Shown piece by piece: positions 1-6,204 of a stretch of 60,501 nucleotides of DNA. The notes under the pieces are model-generated. The model saw only the letters and a list, made by a program, of their open reading frames with translations, had not been told where the DNA came from and did not search any database. Source of the stretch: a virus. Lineage: Duplodnaviria > Caudoviricetes. The stretch is taken from IMG/VR virus record IMGVR_UViG_3300028189_000001, positions 1 through 60,501 of that record. One strand, 5' to 3'. Both the position numbers and the translations under genes were made by a program. Every line of letters starts with the position of its first letter. The stretch's first letter is position 1.

Positions 1-127
1 AATACTGGGGTGACTTTAACGATGAATATTTTATACCAATAACAAAAACTGGAGGAATGCCTAACAATTTTTTTAGATAATACACTTAAAAGCCTTGCTA
101 CCATTGGTAGTGAGGCTTAAGGTGGTA
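1..127. repeat. Terminal direct repeat (assembly overlap marking a circular/complete genome), copy 1
   Basis: Identical to 60375-60501; the ORF at 60116-60454 reads through it. Confidence 0.95.
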
Positions 128-135
128 TAACTAAA
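83..135 (+). promoter_or_regulatory. Intergenic hairpin element, class A (AGCCTTGC..CC-ATT-GG..GTGAGGCT...GGTGGTATAACTAA)
   Basis: Paralogous copy at ~59191-59240 with compensatory stem changes. Confidence 0.65.
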
Positions 136-167
136 TAACAAAATTATAAACCTAAATAAATAACATT

Positions 168-263
168 ATGAAAAACCCAACTTGGGCAATCGCACTAGCT
201 TTACTGCTAGTGTTTGCATATACGTTAGTAATTATAGATATTATAACATTTTTAATAAACTAA
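168..263 (+). CDS. Small single-TM peptide (MKNPTWAIALALLLVFAYTLVIIDIITFLIN)
   Basis: Translated by hand; A-rich leader, hydrophobic stretch; below the ORF-track cutoff. Confidence 0.5.
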   Translation: MKNPTWAIALALLLVFAYTLVIIDIITFLIN

Positions 264-274
264 AACTATACAAA

Positions 275-850
275 ATGAAAAAAGATGTAAGATTAAAAAA
301 ACAAACCCGTAAAGTGGGGGTTGCTGGTAGTTTTATCAATCAAATGATGGGCAATAATTCAAGTGAACCTGTTGTTGGTGAAGGTGCAACAATATTAATG
401 TATTCCGATAGAGTAGCTTATGAGGTAACTGAAGTTTCCGATGATGGTATGCAATGTGTTATACGTCAAATGGATGCAAAAAATATTGGCTCTGGTTATG
501 GCGATGAGCGTTATACATATGAGTCAAATATTAAAAATCACACAATGACATTAGAGTGGAGCAATAAAAAACAATGTTGGAGTTCTGTTGGATATTCTGT
601 TGAAATCATCAAATCATTAAGAGGTAAGTACGATAAAGAATTCGGTTACGGCTCAACAAAATATTTATTAGCAGACTATGGAATTGAATCATATCAACAT
701 TTATATGAAAATCCAAATGATGAAGATGGAAATTATTACAATCAAATGATGATAATTTCTGGTATAACCAAACGATACAAAAACTTTGATAAAATATCAG
801 TAATATTTGGAATAATGGAAGAATACCGAGACCCAAGTTTTAAAAAATAA
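275..850 (+). CDS. Hypothetical early phage protein
   Basis: ORF 182-850; likely start is ATG 275 after an A-rich leader; ends with GIMEEYRDPSF. Confidence 0.75.
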   Translation: MKKDVRLKKQTRKVGVAGSFINQMMGNNSSEPVVGEGATILMYSDRVAYEVTEVSDDGMQCVIRQMDAKNIGSGYGDERYTYESNIKNHTMTLEWSNKKQCWSSVGYSVEIIKSLRGKYDKEFGYGSTKYLLADYGIESYQHLYENPNDEDGNYYNQMMIISGITKRYKNFDKISVIFGIMEEYRDPSFKK

Positions 851-865
851 TGTATAATTTAATCA

Positions 866-896
866 GGGAGGGCAATTTGCTCTCCCATAACTAAAA
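866..896 (+). promoter_or_regulatory. Intergenic hairpin element, class B (GGGAGGGCA-nnn-TGCYCTCCY-ATAACTAAAA)
   Basis: Copies at 866, 2001 and 60075. Confidence 0.65.
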
Positions 897-911
897 AGGA
901 AGGAGAATAAT

Positions 912-1046
912 ATGACTATCAAAGTACTAACAAAAGAGTCACTATACATTACAATAAATAATACTACTTACTACATAGATGACTCAACCAATGAGCAAAT
1001 AATGGATAAGTGGAATAATGATAAACTAAAAAAGAAAGGAGAATAA
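912..1046 (+). CDS. Small hypothetical protein (44 aa)
   Basis: Translated by hand; preceded by GGAAGGAGAATAAT; fills the intergenic gap. Confidence 0.6.
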   Translation: MTIKVLTKESLYITINNTTYYIDDSTNEQIMDKWNNDKLKKKGE

Positions 1047-1048
1047 TT

Positions 1049-1615
1049 ATGCCGAATTGGGTTTACAACAGAATTGTTTTTTCAGAAGAATTAACAACTG
1101 AACAAAAACAGAAAATAGAGGTAATGAAAATGCAGAAGGGGATGTGTAGATACTACACCCCAATGCCTATTGAACTTGAAGGGGGTAGTCACCCATCACA
1201 GACCAATCAAGATAATTGGTATGACTTTGCTATCAGAGAGTGGGGGACAAAGTGGGGTGATTGTGATTTTGATTTTGATTTTGAGGATGAAATTATATCG
1301 TTCGATACTGCTTGGTCACCCATATCCAACAAAATACTTAATCTACTCGCAAAAGACTTTCCCAACTTTACCTATGAGTTTGAAGAGGAAACAGAGTGGG
1401 GTGGGGAAATAGAGTACGAGAATGGAGAGGTCATTAGGTCTTGGGCTTATGATGAACCGAATTGGGAATACTATGAGGATGGTAATGAATACCAAATCAC
1501 CGAACTACAGAGTGAGCATCCCTTGTATGAGGATGATGGGGTTGGATTTTATTATGCGTATTCACGAGAGTATTTAGGTGAAACTTTAGATGAAGCAATC
1601 AAAAATTATAACTAA
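1049..1615 (+). CDS. YubB/DUF1281-type ferredoxin-like fold protein
   Basis: MPNW..N, WY....EWGTKW and FDTAWSP motifs. Confidence 0.75.
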   Translation: MPNWVYNRIVFSEELTTEQKQKIEVMKMQKGMCRYYTPMPIELEGGSHPSQTNQDNWYDFAIREWGTKWGDCDFDFDFEDEIISFDTAWSPISNKILNLLAKDFPNFTYEFEEETEWGGEIEYENGEVIRSWAYDEPNWEYYEDGNEYQITELQSEHPLYEDDGVGFYYAYSREYLGETLDEAIKNYN

Positions 1616-1635
1616 TAAAAAGGAAGGAGAATAAA

Positions 1636-1974
1636 ATGAAGAAAATAGAACTAAATAAAATAGCTAAGAAGTTACAACACTTAGAGATTATTGAGTTGAG
1701 GGATTCGGGGTTAAAGAATCGCAATGGTGGTTTTGCTATTGTAGAGATGTATGATTATGATGATGAAATCCTATACGTGACAGTACAAACGGGTGTTCAA
1801 ACGGGCAATGATGATTTTTCATCAACAGTGAGAGATAGGAAAATAAACAGAGAAACATTGGAGTGGTATACCATCCCCGACCCCAATGCAGTAGATTGTA
1901 ACAACTGTGATGGGCAGGATTTTCATTTGGATGAAATATGTCCTGATTGTGGAAGAGATAATTTTACTAAATAA
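1636..1974 (+). CDS. Hypothetical protein with C-terminal Zn ribbon
   Basis: CNNC...CPDC. Confidence 0.7.
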   Translation: MKKIELNKIAKKLQHLEIIELRDSGLKNRNGGFAIVEMYDYDDEILYVTVQTGVQTGNDDFSSTVRDRKINRETLEWYTIPDPNAVDCNNCDGQDFHLDEICPDCGRDNFTK

Positions 1975-2000
1975 AGCAGTAATAAAATAACATAAACAAA

Positions 2001-2030
2001 GGGAGGGCATTTTGCCCTCCTATAACTAAA
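2001..2030 (+). promoter_or_regulatory. Intergenic hairpin element, class B
   Basis: GGGAGGGCA-TTT-TGCCCTCCT-ATAACTAAA. Confidence 0.65.
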
Positions 2031-2048
2031 AAGAAAGGAGAATAAAAT

Positions 2049-2423
2049 ATGACTAATTTAACAGACTATATTGATTGGGTTTCTATAGATGTGGATTTCA
2101 ATTTACGAACCGATTTAAAAAGTATTAAAATTCTTTCTAGAATAGAGTCCAGTTTGAAAGATTATATAAACAACAACAGAGATTGGGATAACATAGATGC
2201 GTTTGACTTTTTATATACGCATAATGGAACACAAATTAATCGCACCGAGTTTAACAATAATGTTCCACTCGGATGGATGCTTGACCTTGACCATGAACTA
2301 GTGTATGATTATAGGGGTTACAAGGCACAACACCAAGAGATATTATTCTCATGTTGTGGTGATGAAATTACTGGGGATATACTTGACTATGGTAGATGCC
2401 CAACTTGTAAAGAAAATTTATAA
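2049..2423 (+). CDS. Hypothetical protein with C-terminal Zn finger
   Basis: SCCG...RCPTCKENL. Confidence 0.7.
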   Translation: MTNLTDYIDWVSIDVDFNLRTDLKSIKILSRIESSLKDYINNNRDWDNIDAFDFLYTHNGTQINRTEFNNNVPLGWMLDLDHELVYDYRGYKAQHQEILFSCCGDEITGDILDYGRCPTCKENL

Positions 2424-2434
2424 AACAATTTAAA

Positions 2435-2662
2435 ATGAAAAGTTTACTAGATAGATTAGAAACGAAAGGAAAAGATATGTTGAATGCTCATTCAATTAAG
2501 TACAGACATACTGGCAGACACCTAACTTTGATGTTAACACAACATAAAAGTCTTATGGATATGGAGTTCGGAGATGTTTGGGCTTTATCTTATGTATTTG
2601 AATGTGATATTATAAATGTTTTGGATTATTTTAAAATGGATAGCTATGAAGAAGTATTATAA
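2435..2662 (+). CDS. Hypothetical protein
   Basis: ORF in operon, A-rich leader. Confidence 0.6.
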   Translation: MKSLLDRLETKGKDMLNAHSIKYRHTGRHLTLMLTQHKSLMDMEFGDVWALSYVFECDIINVLDYFKMDSYEEVL

Positions 2663-2771
2663 TAATTTCAAGGAGATAGTTAGGAATGTGATGGATGTAT
2701 TTTACATTATCATTATTCCTATCTTTATAATTTTATTAACGATACATTTGTTATTACTATGGATGAGATAG
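2646..2771 (+). CDS. Small single-TM peptide (41 aa)
   Basis: Translated by hand: MKKYYNNFKEIVRNVMDVFYIIIIPIFIILLTIHLLLLWMR; bridges the flanking ORFs. Confidence 0.4.
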   Translation: MKKYYNNFKEIVRNVMDVFYIIIIPIFIILLTIHLLLLWMR

Positions 2772-3127
2772 ATTTAAAAATTTTAATTATCAAAGGAATG
2801 GAGGAGGCGTTTAGCACAAGAGGTAAAAGAAAGAACTTACTCAAAGCAAAATGTCCTCCAATAGATACATTAGGTTCTGCCGTTTGGCAAGGCTTAATGG
2901 CACACTCAAATAAATTCAAGTTAGGCATGGCTCATGTCATGTATCTAACTGGTGAGAGAAGAGAGGTTTTTGACTACTTAATTAAGTTAGGGTCAAGGGT
3001 TGACCTTTCGGGTATGGATTTAGATGCCAATATATTGGCTGACTTTTTTGACTTCGAGGTTTTGGACATGATAGATTGGGAAACCGAAGATGATTTTATT
3101 AATGATGATGATGAACCTATATTTTAA
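2759..3127 (+). CDS. Hypothetical protein
   Basis: ORF with RGKRKNLLKAKCPP motif and acidic tail. Confidence 0.7.
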   Translation: MDEIDLKILIIKGMEEAFSTRGKRKNLLKAKCPPIDTLGSAVWQGLMAHSNKFKLGMAHVMYLTGERREVFDYLIKLGSRVDLSGMDLDANILADFFDFEVLDMIDWETEDDFINDDDEPIF

Positions 3128-3131
3128 AAAT

Positions 3132-3524
3132 ATGAAACAACTAAAAGTACTACAAATTAAAGAAGGCACTCGATGGTATGATGTTAAGATTGATGACAAA
3201 GCCATAATGAGTACTGGATATTCTGAAGATATAAAAGAAAAATTCAGAAATCAAATAAATAAATATGACCAAGAGTTAAGAGTGGTATCAGTTTACTACC
3301 CATTACTTGAGGCATCAGTCATAACATTGAATAATGATGACTTGACTTATAGGGTAACAACTGACCTAACAAAGTTAGATGCAGAGGATGTTAACAAGTT
3401 AAGCTACCTATTCGAGGTTAGTACTGAAACAAAAGAAAATCAATGGGGAGATAACGGACTGGTACACACCCTATTGCACCGAATAAATTTTACCGATGAT
3501 GAATTTATAACTTTAAATATTTAA
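3132..3524 (+). CDS. Hypothetical protein
   Basis: ORF 3090-3524; likely start is ATG 3132. Confidence 0.65.
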   Translation: MKQLKVLQIKEGTRWYDVKIDDKAIMSTGYSEDIKEKFRNQINKYDQELRVVSVYYPLLEASVITLNNDDLTYRVTTDLTKLDAEDVNKLSYLFEVSTETKENQWGDNGLVHTLLHRINFTDDEFITLNI

Positions 3525-3527
3525 GAC

Positions 3528-3707
3528 ATGAAAAAATCACAGATTATAGATGGAGTGACAATAACTTTTCACGACAATAAACTAAACTTTAATATCCCAT
3601 CTTCATGGGATGGCATTGACTACTCCAGTTGGAAGAGTAGAAATCTTAATGATATAAATATTCTCCACAAAGAGATGAAGGAATTAAGGAGGTCTGAGGA
3701 TGTATAG
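3528..3707 (+). CDS. Small hypothetical protein (59 aa)
   Basis: Translated by hand; fills the gap and overlaps the next start. Confidence 0.55.
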   Translation: MKKSQIIDGVTITFHDNKLNFNIPSSWDGIDYSSWKSRNLNDINILHKEMKELRRSEDV

Positions 3708-4104
3708 TGATAAAGAAATATTCAAACAAGCAGAGTCAGACCCTACTTGTTTGATAATAAAAGATGAAATTACTTATGCCATTATAAATAACGGAACCAG
3801 AATAGAAAGGTTTGATGATGGTACATATGAATATATGAACACCTCTACAAGTGGAGATTATTATGAGCCGTTAAGTTCAGAGTGTAAGATGACAATAGAA
3901 TCTTACGGATGGGCTTTAGGTACACTCAAGGTTAAGCTTGTTAATAATATATACAAACTCAATAGGATTGAGGTTGCGATAAAAGATGAGGTTAATAGTA
4001 GACAAAACCCAAAAATACTTACCTTCCTCAAAAGGAGGAGGGAAGAGGTTATGGAGGTCTATAATACCTCCGTAAAAAAAACAAAGAAACTAAAAAGTTA
4101 TTGA
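3700..4104 (+). CDS. Hypothetical protein
   Basis: ORF in operon. Confidence 0.7.
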   Translation: MYSDKEIFKQAESDPTCLIIKDEITYAIINNGTRIERFDDGTYEYMNTSTSGDYYEPLSSECKMTIESYGWALGTLKVKLVNNIYKLNRIEVAIKDEVNSRQNPKILTFLKRRREEVMEVYNTSVKKTKKLKSY

Positions 4105-4113
4105 TATTTTTTG

Positions 4114-4121
4114 TATCTTTG
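4114..4121 (+). promoter_or_regulatory. Bacteroidota -7 promoter box TATCTTTG
   Basis: Matches TAnnTTTG; intergenic, upstream of the recombination operon; similar context at 9560-9582. Confidence 0.7.
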
Positions 4122-4265
4122 TGGACACTTCCACACCTATTTATGGTGACACTTTACACATACCTAAGATTATATTTTAATTTTAATATATTACATATGC
4201 TATAGACATTTAGCTGATAGCGTCAGCTCAGCTCTAAAAAAAAGGCGTTGGTCAAAAAGAAGAGA

Positions 4266-4299
4266 GGGTGATGAGGATTCGATTCCCTCATCACTCACT
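4266..4299 (+). ncRNA. tRNA-like minihelix (acceptor stem plus T arm mimic)
   Basis: GGGTGAT-GAGGA-TTCGATT-CCCTC-ATCACTC-ACT; no D or anticodon arm. Confidence 0.5.
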
Positions 4300-4334
4300 A
4301 TTAAATTTTAATTCTAATTAAACACAAATTTATT

Positions 4335-4937
4335 ATGAGTAACACTAAAGATTACACAAATGTTTTTAACACATTGAATTCAATTGATGTTAAACCAATG
4401 ATTGAAAAGAAGGGTAAGATGAATTACGTTTCTTGGTCACACGCTTGGCGTTCAGTCAAGACATTATTCCCTAACGCCACACGAAAAGTATACGAGGCAG
4501 AGAATGGCTTGAACTATTTCACAGATGGAAGAACTTGCTTTGTAAAAGTTGGAGTAACTATTAATGATGAGGAGATGATTGATTATCTACCTATCATGGA
4601 CTATCGGATGCAGAGTATTACTGCTGACAAGGTAACTTCAATGGATGTTAATAAGGCTATACAACGTAGTATGACCAAGGCTATAGCTATGCATGGACTT
4701 GGCTTAGAGTTATGGTATGGTGAGGACTTGCCAGTTGAGGAGAAGAAAGACCCTAACAAAAAAGCTAAGCTATCTACCGACTCTCCTAACTATGACAAGG
4801 TATTGGTATTTATAGAGGGCAAGGCTAAGTCAGGAGTATCATTCGCAAAATGTATGACTGACATTGAGAAGAAGTATGAGGTAACACCTCAAACTAAAAA
4901 AACTCTTAGTGCTAAATATAAATCAGCATCAGTCTAA
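4335..4937 (+). CDS. Single-strand annealing protein (DUF1071/Sak3-like, Rad52 fold)
   Basis: YVSWSHAW, LPIMDYR, DVNKAIQRSMTKAIAMHGLGL.L..GED motifs. Confidence 0.85.
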   Translation: MSNTKDYTNVFNTLNSIDVKPMIEKKGKMNYVSWSHAWRSVKTLFPNATRKVYEAENGLNYFTDGRTCFVKVGVTINDEEMIDYLPIMDYRMQSITADKVTSMDVNKAIQRSMTKAIAMHGLGLELWYGEDLPVEEKKDPNKKAKLSTDSPNYDKVLVFIEGKAKSGVSFAKCMTDIEKKYEVTPQTKKTLSAKYKSASV

Positions 4938-5662
4938 TGGATGTTATTACCGAACTAAGAGATGATGCAAAATATTATGGGGAATTTGGCAAACAATATG
5001 TCAGTGCCTCAGATATCGGAACTCTACTAAACAATCCTTCTGAATTCAAGAAGGATAAGACTCCAACTATTCCTATGTTGCAAGGACATATGTTCCATCA
5101 GCTAATATTAGAACCTAGCAAGGATGTTAAATATCATGTCGTTGATGCCAATACAAGGAGTACAAAGCACTACAAAGATTATGTGAATAGTAATCAGGTA
5201 GACCAAGCTTACCTGCAAAAAGAAGTTGATGCAGTTGAATCATGGGTTGATGTCGTAAAGAACAACTTTTTAATTTATGATTTGATTACGCAGGAAGGGA
5301 ACCTATATGAAGTACCTGCCGTTGGTGAGATTATGAGTACTCCATTCAAGGGAAAAGCTGATATTGTTGGTGATAAGATATATGATTTAAAAACCACAAG
5401 TGATATCAATCAGTTCATGTGGTCAGCAAAGAGATATAACTACGATAGTCAGGCTTACATCTATAAACAACTATTCGATAAGGACATGGTATTCATTGTG
5501 GTTGATAAACAAACCAATCAACTGGGTATCTTTGAATGTTCTCAGCAGTTCTATGATAATGGGAGAGACAAAGTAGAACGTGCATTAGAAGTATGGGATA
5601 GGTACTACTCTCCATTAAGTACAGAGGATATTAATTCAAGAATTATTTACCAAACATTATAA
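4937..5662 (+). CDS. PD-(D/E)XK exonuclease (DUF3799/RecE-like)
   Basis: GHMFHQLILEP, KGKADIV, YDLKTT, YDSQAYIY; adjacent to the annealase. Confidence 0.85.
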   Translation: MDVITELRDDAKYYGEFGKQYVSASDIGTLLNNPSEFKKDKTPTIPMLQGHMFHQLILEPSKDVKYHVVDANTRSTKHYKDYVNSNQVDQAYLQKEVDAVESWVDVVKNNFLIYDLITQEGNLYEVPAVGEIMSTPFKGKADIVGDKIYDLKTTSDINQFMWSAKRYNYDSQAYIYKQLFDKDMVFIVVDKQTNQLGIFECSQQFYDNGRDKVERALEVWDRYYSPLSTEDINSRIIYQTL

Positions 5663-5672
5663 ATATATTATT

Positions 5673-5972
5673 ATGAGTGAAAAAAAAGAAGTGCTATTTG
5701 CAGATGGAATTTATTTTAAAAGAAATGAAAACGCACCAGAGTTTGTGGTGGGCAAGGTTAAATTTAAAGTTGATGAAGCTATAAAGACCTTGAAAGAATT
5801 CCAGAGTGATGGATGGTTGTCAGTTGATATCAAGCAATCAAAGAGTGGAAACTACTATGTAGAAGTTGATACTTGGAAGCCTGAAGGTGGGTTTAAGAAA
5901 AAAAAAAATGACACACCTGTGACAGAAAATGACACACCTGTGACAGAAACTACTGAAGAACTACCATTCTAA
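5673..5972 (+). CDS. Putative single-stranded DNA-binding protein
   Basis: Small beta-rich protein with acidic EELPF tail, in the recombination module. Confidence 0.65.
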   Translation: MSEKKEVLFADGIYFKRNENAPEFVVGKVKFKVDEAIKTLKEFQSDGWLSVDIKQSKSGNYYVEVDTWKPEGGFKKKKNDTPVTENDTPVTETTEELPF

Positions 5973-6186
5973 CTATCAGTTATTTACCATTAAAATATGG
6001 GGAGGTAATGACAATCCTCCCCTATTTTTATATATATACAACTAATAACTTTCTAATATTTGTATATTTTTTTTTATTGATTTTGATAAATTATCAGTCA
6101 TTCAGTCATTAAGGACTTATAAATATTGATAATCAAATAGTTAAAAGGTAAATGCATCTGTCATTTATCTGTCATAAATTGTCACT
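5908..6186. repeat. Inverted TGAC/GTCA iteron array 1 (putative replication origin)
   Basis: RTGACA x4 at 10-11 bp spacing (5908-5945), ATGACA at 6008, GTCATTCAGTCATT at 6097-6110, TGTCAY x3 at 6159-6185, IHF-consensus AATCAAATAGTTA at 6131-6143; directly upstream of the primase. Confidence 0.6.
5997..6029 (+). terminator. Rho-independent terminator after the SSB gene
   Basis: GGGGAGG...CCTCCCC followed by a T run. Confidence 0.6.
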
Positions 6187-6204
6187 AATATAAATTAAAC
6201 ACAA

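Noticed and set aside
1-127. Biological terminal repeat
   Set aside because: The length equals a common assembler k-mer and it cuts through a gene; more likely a circularisation overlap than the physical end
2672-2724. Long imperfect hairpin as another processing site
   Set aside because: AT/GU-rich, single copy, and overlaps a plausible small ORF; could be chance
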